Shown one piece after another: positions 10,047 through 20,147 of a stretch of 64,000 bases of DNA; within the stretch, counting starts at the first letter, position 1, and each line of letters opens with the position of its first letter. Location of the stretch: the NCBI GenBank assembly GCA_964494505.1, contig CAZBRO010000015.1:27876-91875 (forward strand). The letters are read 5' to 3'. The notes beneath the pieces were generated by a model that ran no database searches, was not told the DNA's origin, and was given only the letters and a program-made list of their open reading frames with translations. The translations under genes and the position numbers were made by a program. The stretch comes from an uncultured Bordetella sp. GTDB lineage: Bacteria; Pseudomonadota; Alphaproteobacteria; Micropepsales; Micropepsaceae.

Positions 10047-10101
10047 CTTAACTCAGTACACGACTTAACTCGGTACACGGTTTAACAGCGCGTGCGTTAA
10101 G
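10047..10101. promoter_or_regulatory. tandem 17-bp direct repeats plus an inverted CTTAAC half-site upstream of the sugar-nucleotide/EPS genes
   Basis: cttaactcagtacacga (10047-10063), cttaactcggtacacgg (10064-10080) and tttaac (10081-10086), then gttaag (10096-10101), which is the reverse complement of cttaac. The element ends 27 nt before the ATG at 10128, inside a locally AT-richer 375-bp intergenic region. Confidence 0.4.
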
Positions 10102-10127
10102 CAGATGTTGCGGCGACGGAGGGTTGG

Positions 10128-11171
10128 ATGACTTGTTCGCAAACCTATCTTGGTTACAAGCGCATTCTGGTCGCAGGCGGCGCAGGCTTTTTGGGGTCTC
10201 ATCTTTGCGAGCGTCTGATTTCGCAGGGGCACGAGGTCTTTTGTCTCGACAACTTTCACACCGGCGCACGCGAGAACATAGAGCATCTCTTTCGCAAGCC
10301 GAAGTTCCACCTCGTTCATCATGATATTGTACTGCCTTACTATCTCCACATCGATGAGATCTATAATCTCGCGTGCCCAGCGTCCCCCGTTCACTACGCA
10401 TTCGATCCCATCCATACGATCAAGACCAGCGTGAACGGCGTGCTCAATCTCCTTGGCCTTGCCAAGCGTACGCGGGCAAAGCTTCTCCATACCTCGACCA
10501 GCGAAGTTTACGGGGACCCGCTGGAACATCCGCAGACCGAGAAATATTGGGGCAACGTGAATTCCTACGGGCCGCGTGCCTGTTATGACGAGGGGAAGAG
10601 ATGTGCCGAAGCGCTTCTCTACGCCTATCGCGAACAGCATGGCTTGGACGCACGCATTTGCCGAATCTTCAACACCTATGGCCCGCGCATGCATCAGAAC
10701 GATGGCCGCGTGGTTTCGAACTTTGTCGTACAGGCGCTCACGGGCGAAGCCATTACGATCTATGGTGACGGATCGCAGACACGGTCGTTCTGTTACGTCG
10801 ACGATCTGATCGATGGAATTATGGCTCTCATGGGTGCTCCGGAAGGCGTCGGTCATCCGGTCAATCTCGGAAATCCGGCTGAGTATACCGTCCTTCAGCT
10901 TGCGCAAACGGTCTGCGAATTGACGGCAACGCGCGCGCAACTCGTGTTCAGACCTCTGCCGCAGGACGATCCGACACGCAGACGTCCAGACATCTCCGTC
11001 GCCCGGGCAAAGCTCGGTTGGAATCCGAAGACGAAATTGCGGGACGGTCTTGGCCGCACGGTGGCTTATTTTGAAGCCGCTTTGTCCCGAGGCGGCCAGA
11101 GGCCGGCTGCGTCCGTCAGCCGGCTGTTCACACAGGATGTCCCCCTGAGTGCGGTAGGTTCTGCACGATGA
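10128..11171 (+). CDS. uxs: UDP-glucuronate decarboxylase (UDP-xylose synthase)
   Basis: [19 protein letters not shown]...[10 protein letters not shown]...[13 protein letters not shown]...[36 protein letters not shown]...IFNTYGPRM...DGRVVSNF are the hallmark UXS/ArnA-decarboxylase blocks. Confidence 0.9.
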   Translation: MTCSQTYLGYKRILVAGGAGFLGSHLCERLISQGHEVFCLDNFHTGARENIEHLFRKPKFHLVHHDIVLPYYLHIDEIYNLACPASPVHYAFDPIHTIKTSVNGVLNLLGLAKRTRAKLLHTSTSEVYGDPLEHPQTEKYWGNVNSYGPRACYDEGKRCAEALLYAYREQHGLDARICRIFNTYGPRMHQNDGRVVSNFVVQALTGEAITIYGDGSQTRSFCYVDDLIDGIMALMGAPEGVGHPVNLGNPAEYTVLQLAQTVCELTATRAQLVFRPLPQDDPTRRRPDISVARAKLGWNPKTKLRDGLGRTVAYFEAALSRGGQRPAASVSRLFTQDVPLSAVGSAR

Positions 11172-12163
11172 GCCGAAGCGTTCTGGTTACGGGTGGTGCG
11201 GGTTACATCGGAAGCCATACCTGCAAAGCGCTCGCTCATCGGGGCTATCGTCCGGTCGTCTTCGACAATTTGAGCCGAGGCATGCGGTCCGCTGTGAAAT
11301 GGGGGCCGCTTGTGGTGGGGGATTTGCTGAATAAGCAGGAGATTCGGCAGGCCATCGACGTTTTTGCCATCGAAGCGGTCCTGCATTTTGCCGCCCTGGC
11401 CTATGTCGGCGAATCCATGCAACAGCCGGCACGCTATTTCCGCAATAACGCAGCCGGCACCCTCAACCTTCTCGACGCGATGGCGGAGGCTGGGATTGCA
11501 AGTCTTGTGCTTTCCTCCACATGCGCCGTCTACGGTATTCCGGAGCGTGTTCCTGTTTCGGAGGAGGCTTCAACGAAGCCGATTAGCCCTTATGGAGAAA
11601 GCAAGCTGCAGACCGAAAAGATGTTGCCGTGGTTCGCCAATATGCATGGCCTCAATTGGCTCGCGCTTCGCTACTTCAACGCCGCCGGGGCCGATCCTGA
11701 CGGTGAAATAGGGGAGAACCACGAACCCGAGACGCATCTCGTTCCGCTCGGGATTCAGGCTGCGATTGGGAGCGCCCCGCCATTGCGGATCTTCGGCACC
11801 GATTACCCCACGCCGGACGGAACAGCGGTGCGTGACTACATTCATGTGTCTGACTTGGCAGATGCCCACGTGTGCGCCCTCGACCACGTCTTGAGCGGCC
11901 GCGGGTCAGGTGTTCTCAATCTGGGCACGGGGAAGGGTTTTTCGGTACGCCAAATTGTTGAAGAGACCAAACGCATATCCAAGCGGCCGGTCCCGGTTAT
12001 CGAGTCCGATCGGCGCGCCGGCGATCCTGCGATGCTGATGGCCGATTCGAGCCGCGCGAGCAGCACACTCGGGTGGTGGCCGCGGCATTCGGATTTGACG
12101 AACATTGTGGGTACCGCACTCGATTGGGAGCGGAAGAAGAATTGGGCAGTGGCGGCGGAATAG
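11168..12163 (+). CDS. galE: UDP-glucose 4-epimerase
   Basis: ATGA overlap with uxs. Motifs: [28 protein letters not shown] (YxxxK), [15 protein letters not shown]. Confidence 0.9.
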   Translation: MSRSVLVTGGAGYIGSHTCKALAHRGYRPVVFDNLSRGMRSAVKWGPLVVGDLLNKQEIRQAIDVFAIEAVLHFAALAYVGESMQQPARYFRNNAAGTLNLLDAMAEAGIASLVLSSTCAVYGIPERVPVSEEASTKPISPYGESKLQTEKMLPWFANMHGLNWLALRYFNAAGADPDGEIGENHEPETHLVPLGIQAAIGSAPPLRIFGTDYPTPDGTAVRDYIHVSDLADAHVCALDHVLSGRGSGVLNLGTGKGFSVRQIVEETKRISKRPVPVIESDRRAGDPAMLMADSSRASSTLGWWPRHSDLTNIVGTALDWERKKNWAVAAE

Positions 12164-12212
12164 AAGTCCGTTCGAGGAGTTGGATCATTTAGGAAGAGTA
12201 GGAGCATTTGGA

Positions 12213-14822
12213 ATGTGGGATGTGCCGGCGCTGGAACAGCCGAAAATACCGGCGGCCAAACCGGCTCCGATTATTCCGGTGGGTCCCGCAGGGAAATTTC
12301 TAATTCGCGGTGGTCAACCTTTCTTCATCCGGGGCGTGACGTATGGCACGTTCGCGCCGGACGCGAACGGCGATCAGTATCCGGACCAGCAACAGGTTAC
12401 CCGCGATTTTCACGCCATCGCAGCAAACGGCTTCAACACCGTGCGCTGCTACACCGTTCCCCCGGCTCGGGTGCTGGATGCGGCGGCCTATTGCGGATTG
12501 CAGATTCTCGCAGGTCTGACGTGGGAGCAGCACGTCTCATTTCTTGACGACGGAACCCGTGCGCGAGACGTCCTGAGAAGGGTTCACGGCCAGGTAGCAT
12601 CCTGCCGCGAGCATGAAAGCATTCTGGGCTTCACCGTAGGCAACGAGATTCCGGCGTCCATTGTGCGGTGGTATGGCCGGAAGCGGATTCAGCGTTTCCT
12701 GAGCGAGCTCTTCGACATTTCGAAGACGGTGTTTCCGAGGGCTCTGGCCACTTATGTAAACTTTCCGACGACCGCCTATCTCGAATTGCCGTTTCTCGAT
12801 TTTGTTTCTTACAACGTCTACCTTGAAGAAGAGGCGAAGCTATCGGCGTATTTGAAACGCTTGCAGAACATCGCCGGCGATCTGCCGCTGGTGCTTGCCG
12901 AAATCGGCCTCGATAGCCGCCGAAACGGCGAGATTGCCCAAGCGCACAGTCTCGAATGGCAAATCCGGACTGCATTCCGTGAGGGATGCGCCGGCGCTTT
13001 TGTCTATGCCTGGACCGATGAATGGCACCGCGGCGGCCAGCCAATCGAAGATTGGGATTTCGGCCTGACCACGCGCGCCCGCGAGCCCAAGGCCGCTCTG
13101 CGCAGAGTGCGGTCCATCATGGAGGAAGTGCCGTTCAAGAATTCGCGCTTTTGGCCCAAAGTTTCTGTGGTCGTGTGCTCGTATAATGGCGCAGGCACGA
13201 TCCGCGACACGCTGGAGCACCTGTCTCGCCTCGATTATCCGAATTATGAGGTCATCGTCGTCAATGACGGATCAAAGGACGCCACACCCGAGATCGCCAA
13301 GGAATATGGTATTCATCTGATTAGCACGCCCAACCAGGGCCTCGGCCAGGCACGCAATCAAGGCTTGGCGGCGGCGCGCGGCGAGTTCGTCGTCTATATC
13401 GACGATGACGCCTATCCTCCGCCGCTCTGGCTGAAATATCTCGTCTCGGCGTTCCTGCGCTCCGATCATGCCTGCATCGGCGGACCCAATCTGGTGCCGC
13501 CGGAAGACGGCTGGATCGGCCAATGCGTCGCGGATTCGCCGGGCGGGCCACTGCATGTGCTGATCGATGATGAGATCGCCGAACATGTGCCGGGTTGCAA
13601 CATGGCATTCCGGCGTTCATGCCTTGCCGCCATTGGCGGCTTCGATCCGCTGTATCGAGCCGCCGGCGACGATGTCGACGTGTGCTGGCGGCTGCAGGAC
13701 AAAGCCTGGACGATTGGATTTACGGCCGCGGCAATGGTTTGGCACCATCGGCGGGCTACTATCCGGCGTTATTGGCGCCAGCAAGTCGGCTACGGCAAAG
13801 CCGAGGCTCTCCTTGAACGCAAATGGCCGGCGCGGTTTTCGGCGCTGGGACATTTGAGTTGGGCCGGGCAGATCTATGGCCGCGGGCTTCCTCGTCCCGT
13901 AATTGCCTCGCGCCCGCGGATTTACCAGGGGACCTGGGGGCTTTCTTCCTATCAAAGCCTGTATGCGCCCATGCCCAATCATCTCTTGAGCTTCGCGCTG
14001 ACGCCCGAATGGCTGCTGCTTGCCGCTGTCATGCTGGGCGTTGGTCTACTCGGAATTCTCTTCGCGCCGTTCGTGTGGGGATTTGTGGGTTTTGCCGCGA
14101 TGGCAGCCGTGTCGGTTATCCAGGCGCTGCGAGGAGCAGCGGAAGCGAAATATCTCATGCGGGCCCGCAATTTGTCTTGCGTCAGCAAGGCGCGGGCCTT
14201 CGGCGTTATCTTCTTTTTCCATTTGATGCAGCCGTTCGCTCGGCTTTGGGGTCGCATCAAGCATGGTTTGACCCCGTGGCGCCGGCGTGAGGGAACTGCC
14301 CCCCCGCGTTCGATCCCGGTGACGACCGTCTGGAGCGAGACGTGGCGTCCGCCGGACGAATGGCTTCGCGACGTGGAGCAGGAACTCGGGAAAGCCCAGG
14401 CAATTGTCTGCCGCGGTGGGGACTATGACGGGTGGGACTTGCGAGTTCGCGGCGGATTGCTAGCCAATGTCTGCCTTTCGATGGCTGTGGAAGACCACAC
14501 AGGCGGCAAGCAGAACCTGCGCTTCCGCACCGTATTCAGTCCCACGCGCCTGTTCGCGGCGTCAAACGCCGGAGGGGCTCTCGTGGCAATCGCTGCAGCT
14601 TCGGCGCAGTCGTGGGCCGCTGCGGCGCTTGCCGTCGCCTTTCTCCTCGGCCTTGGCATGCGAGCAAGAGCCGACTGGAACGTAGCAACCGGGCAGGTCG
14701 GGATGGCGTTGAATGCCCTCAGCAACCGCGGCCCGTTCTTCATCGAGCGGAAACAGGTTGAGCAACGAGCGGGTCACGCGAAATCCCTCAATCGGCCGAA
14801 TACCGCAAACGCCGCGGAGTGA
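12213..14822 (+). CDS. tri-modular polysaccharide synthase: N-terminal clan-A-like glycoside hydrolase domain + GT2 glycosyltransferase + C-terminal multi-pass membrane domain
   Basis: I set the start at ATG 12213 (AGGAG RBS). The N-terminal roughly 300 aa carry TVGNEIP and VLAEIGLD, the acid/base and nucleophile Glu pattern of TIM-barrel GH clan A. The middle part has VSVVVCSYNG...VIVVNDGS.D...YIDDDA...GCNMAFRR...GDDVDVCWR...WHHRR (GT2 DxD and QxxRW-like motifs). The last roughly 270 aa contain several hydrophobic helices. Confidence 0.85.
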   Translation: MWDVPALEQPKIPAAKPAPIIPVGPAGKFLIRGGQPFFIRGVTYGTFAPDANGDQYPDQQQVTRDFHAIAANGFNTVRCYTVPPARVLDAAAYCGLQILAGLTWEQHVSFLDDGTRARDVLRRVHGQVASCREHESILGFTVGNEIPASIVRWYGRKRIQRFLSELFDISKTVFPRALATYVNFPTTAYLELPFLDFVSYNVYLEEEAKLSAYLKRLQNIAGDLPLVLAEIGLDSRRNGEIAQAHSLEWQIRTAFREGCAGAFVYAWTDEWHRGGQPIEDWDFGLTTRAREPKAALRRVRSIMEEVPFKNSRFWPKVSVVVCSYNGAGTIRDTLEHLSRLDYPNYEVIVVNDGSKDATPEIAKEYGIHLISTPNQGLGQARNQGLAAARGEFVVYIDDDAYPPPLWLKYLVSAFLRSDHACIGGPNLVPPEDGWIGQCVADSPGGPLHVLIDDEIAEHVPGCNMAFRRSCLAAIGGFDPLYRAAGDDVDVCWRLQDKAWTIGFTAAAMVWHHRRATIRRYWRQQVGYGKAEALLERKWPARFSALGHLSWAGQIYGRGLPRPVIASRPRIYQGTWGLSSYQSLYAPMPNHLLSFALTPEWLLLAAVMLGVGLLGILFAPFVWGFVGFAAMAAVSVIQALRGAAEAKYLMRARNLSCVSKARAFGVIFFFHLMQPFARLWGRIKHGLTPWRRREGTAPPRSIPVTTVWSETWRPPDEWLRDVEQELGKAQAIVCRGGDYDGWDLRVRGGLLANVCLSMAVEDHTGGKQNLRFRTVFSPTRLFAASNAGGALVAIAAASAQSWAAAALAVAFLLGLGMRARADWNVATGQVGMALNALSNRGPFFIERKQVEQRAGHAKSLNRPNTANAAE

Positions 14823-16658
14823 ATGCAGCAAATGGCTCACGGAGATGAGCGGCACAATGGAACCAATGGATCCTCGCTCAGCGTCGCAACCGCGGATTAC
14901 CGGCACGCCTGCAAATATTTCCTTCGCGAATGGCGCAGCCTGGCATTTCTCGTCGCGCTCTGCGGTCTTGCGAGTGGTCTGTACGTTCTCCAGCCATGGC
15001 CCCTCAAGCTCCTGATCGATACCATATTCGGCTCGGGAAGGGCACCGCTTTGGCTCAACCATCTGGGACTCGAGACATCCAACCCAAAAACACATGCCGC
15101 TGTTCTGATACTTGCCGCGAGCATCGGAACATTTCTTATCTATGGTTCCATCAGTCTCGTAGAAGTGGGATTGTCTTATGGCTGGATGAAGTCAGGCCAG
15201 CGCATGGTGTACGATCTTGCTGCGGACATCTACAGCAGGCTGCAGCAGCGCTCGCTCGCCCATCATGACGAACAGGCGATCGGCGACTCTCTCAATAGGC
15301 TGTTTGGCGACAGTTGGTCGCTTTATACGATCTCCTACACGCTGCTGACGGTGCCCCTTCAGCATATCGCGACGATTGCCGCGATCGGCTACGTCGCATG
15401 GCGGATCGATCCCACGCTGACGTTGATAGCCGTTGGCGCCGTTCCTGTCGCAACGGCGATTTCTTATGCCTTGGTGCAGCGCCTCCGCCGCCTTGCCCGC
15501 AACGAAGCCGTGGTGACTTCGGAGATGATGGCTCTTGTGCAGCAAAGCCTGTCCGCAATTCCCCTGATCCAGGTCTTCGGAGCCGCGCAGCGTACCCAAA
15601 CGGTATATCGGGACCTCGCAGAGCGCGGCGTGGGCATCGCGGCACGGACGGCCCTTGTGAATCAGACGGTGCTAACGGTGAACAATTTGACGGTGGCTGC
15701 GGCAACCTCGGCCGTGTTGCTGGTGGGGGGCGTTCGCGTCCTCTCGGGAGAGATCACGCTCGGGGCCCTCGTTGTTTTCCTCGCCTATCTCAAGACCGTC
15801 AACAATTCCGTCGAGGCCTGTCTTACGGCTCTGGTGAAGATCATCGCCGCGAACGTGGGGCTGAGGCGCGCATGCGAGATTCTGAACGAGGGCCTCGGTA
15901 TCATCGAATCGCCTGACGCGATTCCCTATGGCAGATCACAATCGCAACCCGTTGGACGGATCACCTTCCAATCCGTGAGCTTCGGCTATCCCGGGCGAAA
16001 ACCCGTTCTCGACAAGATCGACCTTGACATTGAGCCCGGTCAAACCATCGCGCTGGTCGGGCCAAGCGGAGCCGGGAAGAGCACGCTCGTGTCGCTGCTT
16101 CCCCGGTTTTTTGATCCCACCGACGGAAGAATTCTGATCGACGGTCAGGACATCAAGTCCCTGACATTGTCGAGCTTGCGGTCTCATATTTCGGTGGTCT
16201 TGCAAGACCCGTTCCTGATGCCCGCCAATGTGCTCAAGAACATCGCTTACGACCCGAAGGCCTATAGTCGCGACGAGGTGATTGCCGCTGCGGTCGCCAG
16301 CGGCGCGCATGAATTCATTCGCACGCTCCCTCATGGTTATGACACCGTGCTGGGCGAGCAGGGCGCGACCTTATCCGGCGGCCAGAAACAGTTGATTGCG
16401 ATTTCGCGGGCGCTTCTCAAGAACGCACCCGTTCTCATCCTGGACGAGCCGACATCGGCGCTCGATGTGGAAACCGAAGCCGAAGTGATGAGGAGTTTGC
16501 GCAAGTTGATGGCGCATCGCACCACCATCATCGTGGCTCACCGCCTCAGCACGATCAGGTGCGCCGATCGCATTCTCCTCGTCCGGGATGGAAGCGTCCG
16601 TGAGCTGCGATCCTTCGCGGAAATCGAAAAGAATATCAGTAGGAGCGTGAACGGATGA
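14823..16658 (+). CDS. ABC exporter, fused permease/ATPase (MsbA-like half transporter)
   Basis: Starts on the base immediately after the preceding stop. It has a six-helix TMD followed by an NBD with GPSGAGKST, LSGGQKQ and ILILDEPTSALD. Confidence 0.9.
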   Translation: MQQMAHGDERHNGTNGSSLSVATADYRHACKYFLREWRSLAFLVALCGLASGLYVLQPWPLKLLIDTIFGSGRAPLWLNHLGLETSNPKTHAAVLILAASIGTFLIYGSISLVEVGLSYGWMKSGQRMVYDLAADIYSRLQQRSLAHHDEQAIGDSLNRLFGDSWSLYTISYTLLTVPLQHIATIAAIGYVAWRIDPTLTLIAVGAVPVATAISYALVQRLRRLARNEAVVTSEMMALVQQSLSAIPLIQVFGAAQRTQTVYRDLAERGVGIAARTALVNQTVLTVNNLTVAAATSAVLLVGGVRVLSGEITLGALVVFLAYLKTVNNSVEACLTALVKIIAANVGLRRACEILNEGLGIIESPDAIPYGRSQSQPVGRITFQSVSFGYPGRKPVLDKIDLDIEPGQTIALVGPSGAGKSTLVSLLPRFFDPTDGRILIDGQDIKSLTLSSLRSHISVVLQDPFLMPANVLKNIAYDPKAYSRDEVIAAAVASGAHEFIRTLPHGYDTVLGEQGATLSGGQKQLIAISRALLKNAPVLILDEPTSALDVETEAEVMRSLRKLMAHRTTIIVAHRLSTIRCADRILLVRDGSVRELRSFAEIEKNISRSVNG

Positions 16659-18442
16659 GCATCCGGTGGGCGGAGATCCGGCAATTGCGCGTTTTGCATT
16701 GCGCGAGCCTGTTTGGGGTCGCGGCCCTGTCGCTCCTCTCCGTTGGTTTCAACCTGTTGCTACCTTGGCCCATCAAGTTGATCGTGGACTCCGTGCTGGG
16801 CGGCAAGCTACTTCCATACTATGCATTTCCGGCTTTTCTCCAAACACAGGACAAGTTTCACCAATTGGTGTTTCTGGCTTGCGCCTCCGCCGGGCTCGTC
16901 TTGTCGGCGCGAGTGACGGAAATGGGAAGGATATATATTGCCGCCAAAATCGGCCGCCAGATGCAGTACGAACTTGGCGACACGCTGTTTCTCCATCTCC
17001 AGCGACTGTCGCCGGTTTTCCATGCGCGCTCCCAAACAGGAGATTTGGTGCGCCGCGTCGTGATGGATAGCAAATGCGCCGAGGAATTTTTCATCGGCAT
17101 TATCATCCCGGCAGCCACATCGATTCTCATGCTGATCGCTATGTTCACAATCCTGGTGAACATGAGCTTGCCGATTGCATTGCTCGCTCTCTTAATGGCC
17201 ACCCCAATCGCCATATTGGTTCACAATCTGATTCCAACGATCACCGAGCAATCGTTAGCGCAGCAGAATATCGAGGCCCAGATAATGGCGCTCGCCGAGA
17301 CCAATCTGTCGGCGCTTCCTATCGTGCACGCATTCGACAGAACGGAGCTCGAAGGAAAACGCTTTCGCAATCTGACCGGTCAATCCGTCGAGGCGCTGGC
17401 GCGCGCGACCGCGAGCGAACAGCTTTTCGGCGTTCTTGCCGGCGGCACAATCGCGTTGGGCACCGCGATCGTTTTGGGCGTCGGCGGGTTCGAGACGCTG
17501 AACGGGACATTGCAGGTCGGTAGCCTGCTCGTCATCCTCACCTATCTCGCTCTGCTTTACGCGCCGGTCGACGCGCTTGCACGATTGTCGTCCGCTTTCG
17601 CGCATTCCGCGGCAAAGAGCCATCGCGCACTTGCGATATTGCGCGAGCGGAATTTTGTCGCAGACGCCTCCCAAAGGATCACCTTTCCCTCGGTGCCGAA
17701 CCGGGCAGCCGGGTCACTTCATTTTGAAAACGTGTCCTTCGCCTATGAAGCGGGCGGCAGCGGCTTGCACGGCGTCAACATGACAATCTCCCCCGGGGAG
17801 ACGATTGCGATCGTTGGACCGACGGGGGCCGGGAAATCGACGCTGGCCTCTTTGGCCTTGCGGCTTTTCGATCCCGACACAGGACGTATCACGCTCGACG
17901 GAATCGATCTGCGCGAATGGCCGCTCCAGGCGCTTCGGCGCCAGTTTGGCCTCGTGTTACAGGATCCATTTATACTTTCTCTCTCGGCCGCGGATAACAT
18001 CGCCTTAGGCAAGCCCGATGCCGATTTGAAGCAGATCGTCTCGGCAGCCGAGGCGGCGATGGCAGATGGGTTCATCCGCAGATTTCCCGAGGGCTATGCT
18101 ACGCGGTTGGCCGAAGGGGGTATCGCCCTTTCGGGAGGAGAAAGGCAAAGGATTGCGAACGCGCGCGCGCTGTTGCGGGATGCACCGGTTCTCATTCTGG
18201 ACGAGCCGACCGCCGCATTGGATATCGAAACTGAGCGCAGTCTGCTCGCCGCCCTTCATTGCGACGCCCGCAATCGCACCACGATCATCATCGCGCACCG
18301 GCTGTCGACGGTACGTGGGGCCGACAGAATTCTCGTGCTGGATCGTGGGCAGATTGTCGAAAGCGGAACGCATACGGAGCTTCTGGCTCGCCGCGGCCGC
18401 TATTCGAAGCTGCACTTGCAAAGCTTAAGCGGAGAGTTGTGA
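16655..18442 (+). CDS. ABC exporter, fused permease/ATPase, partner half transporter
   Basis: ATGA overlap with the upstream half transporter. Motifs: GPTGAGKST, LSGGERQ, VLILDEPTAALD. Confidence 0.9.
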   Translation: MSIRWAEIRQLRVLHCASLFGVAALSLLSVGFNLLLPWPIKLIVDSVLGGKLLPYYAFPAFLQTQDKFHQLVFLACASAGLVLSARVTEMGRIYIAAKIGRQMQYELGDTLFLHLQRLSPVFHARSQTGDLVRRVVMDSKCAEEFFIGIIIPAATSILMLIAMFTILVNMSLPIALLALLMATPIAILVHNLIPTITEQSLAQQNIEAQIMALAETNLSALPIVHAFDRTELEGKRFRNLTGQSVEALARATASEQLFGVLAGGTIALGTAIVLGVGGFETLNGTLQVGSLLVILTYLALLYAPVDALARLSSAFAHSAAKSHRALAILRERNFVADASQRITFPSVPNRAAGSLHFENVSFAYEAGGSGLHGVNMTISPGETIAIVGPTGAGKSTLASLALRLFDPDTGRITLDGIDLREWPLQALRRQFGLVLQDPFILSLSAADNIALGKPDADLKQIVSAAEAAMADGFIRRFPEGYATRLAEGGIALSGGERQRIANARALLRDAPVLILDEPTAALDIETERSLLAALHCDARNRTTIIIAHRLSTVRGADRILVLDRGQIVESGTHTELLARRGRYSKLHLQSLSGEL

Positions 18443-18571
18443 CGAAGATACAAAACCGTGAAAGCTATGGCTTAGCCGAGTGCCATCAACTCTTTTCGAT
18501 ACGTCTGAATCCGTATTGTTCAGCAAGCACCCGCCCGTATATTGGGCGAGCTTGTAGCCAGACCTCGTCGA

Positions 18572-20116
18572 GTGGGGATTGCGTTGACGCAAAGCTGCCG
18601 CCTTAGCGCGCTTAAGCTGACGATTGCAGCCGCTTCACTTGTCTCCATCACTGCGCGCGCTGAAGCGGATACCAGCGCCACCGATTCCGACGCCTCCTCA
18701 TTACAGAAGGGAGCGCGCGCATCTGCCGCCCAGATTCCTTCTTATCACATTGAGCGCGTCGGCAATGAAGGCATCAAGCTTGTCTCTAACAACGCCGAAA
18801 ACAATTATGCGATTACGTTATCGGGATCGAACGCGGACGGCGAGCCCGGTCACGGCTCGCTCTTGGCCGGGGAAGAGTGGCAACGATCGCTCGGCGTGGA
18901 AGTCGAGGGAAAACTTGGCAGCGTCTTGACGACCGAACTGCAGTCGCATTTCACCCAGGCGGAGCGCACCCCCGATGCGGAGCTTTTCGGGCTCCAGATG
19001 TTGGACAGCAATGGGAGCGATCGCCGGGCTTTGGGGGAATTCACTTTCAAGACGCAATTCCTGGGCAATCGAATCACCGTGAACTCATCGCGTCTGGAAT
19101 CCAATCTTGAACCCCTCGGGAGTGTCGCGCGCAGCAAAGGCGCTTCGGAGAAGGATGGCTTCAGCGCTTGGATTTGGCGTTCAGATCACAGCGGCCTCTC
19201 GGTCGATGGAACATTGACGCGAGTCGATGCCGATTATCAAGATCTCACGGGCATGCACACGGCCGAGATGTTGCAGCTTTCGAACAAGCAAATTCGTCAG
19301 GTCCAATCCAAATTGGATATCGACCGCGTGAGCGTCTTCCTGAAACAACGGGGCACGTCCACGCTTGCCCCTGATCGTCAGGGAGATCGTCCCGACCAAT
19401 CGGAGACTGAAACGGGCGTAAGCTTTGGCCTGTCCGATTTGCGCCAGTTGGGCAGCGGGAGCCTCGTGGCCGCGGTTCTGCCTCTCGTGCCGGATTCGGT
19501 TTGGATCAGCACAGATACAGGTACGGTGGAAACCAATGGCGCGCTTCCTACCGCCCGCGGCCAATTGGAAAAGATGGCTGTGGGAACCACCCGAAGCCTT
19601 GATATAGGGACAGTCAGCATCAGCTATTGGGAATCTGCGGTGCAAAACCCGGCGCTGCAGGGAACCGACAATGCGCTGTGGCGCGGACACGGCACTGATA
19701 TAGCCGGGAATCTGTACTCGGGCCGCTGGTCCATTTCGGGCAATTTGTCTTTGTACGGAGCCAGCAATACGGCGCTGTCCGGCAACAGCACGGAAAATAG
19801 CCTCAACGCCTCCGTCTTCGTGAACTGGAAACCGCAACGTTGGCCCAGTCTATCGGCTGGGATGACAAACTACACCGACGAGACGGCGTTCTTCGATTAC
19901 AATGGGGCCGAGCAGAGTGGGCTTATCCATTACCAGTTCGCGGTGGATTTTTCCCCTCTCGTCGCCGCAGCATTTTCCGACAAGAACTCGCAGCTGACAT
20001 TCCTGACCTCGTTCCAGGGCGAAGGAAGCCGTTCTCGGTGGGGTGCGGCCGATTATGCCAACGGAACGGGAAACGTTTTCGTCGGTCTGAAATTCGCGCG
20101 CCCGTTTCTTCCCTGA
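18572..20116 (+). CDS. hypothetical secreted, beta-rich (possibly outer-membrane) protein
   Basis: Long ORF on the same strand as the EPS genes. GTG 18572 gives a signal-like N-terminus (GIALTQSCRLSALKLTIAAASLVSITARAEA). The composition is Ser/Thr/Asn/Gly-rich. I recognised no motif. The start codon is uncertain (the track uses TTG 18542). Confidence 0.55.
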   Translation: MGIALTQSCRLSALKLTIAAASLVSITARAEADTSATDSDASSLQKGARASAAQIPSYHIERVGNEGIKLVSNNAENNYAITLSGSNADGEPGHGSLLAGEEWQRSLGVEVEGKLGSVLTTELQSHFTQAERTPDAELFGLQMLDSNGSDRRALGEFTFKTQFLGNRITVNSSRLESNLEPLGSVARSKGASEKDGFSAWIWRSDHSGLSVDGTLTRVDADYQDLTGMHTAEMLQLSNKQIRQVQSKLDIDRVSVFLKQRGTSTLAPDRQGDRPDQSETETGVSFGLSDLRQLGSGSLVAAVLPLVPDSVWISTDTGTVETNGALPTARGQLEKMAVGTTRSLDIGTVSISYWESAVQNPALQGTDNALWRGHGTDIAGNLYSGRWSISGNLSLYGASNTALSGNSTENSLNASVFVNWKPQRWPSLSAGMTNYTDETAFFDYNGAEQSGLIHYQFAVDFSPLVAAAFSDKNSQLTFLTSFQGEGSRSRWGAADYANGTGNVFVGLKFARPFLP

Positions 20117-20147
20117 TAGCGTACAGGGCGATTCAAGGGCCGAGTTC

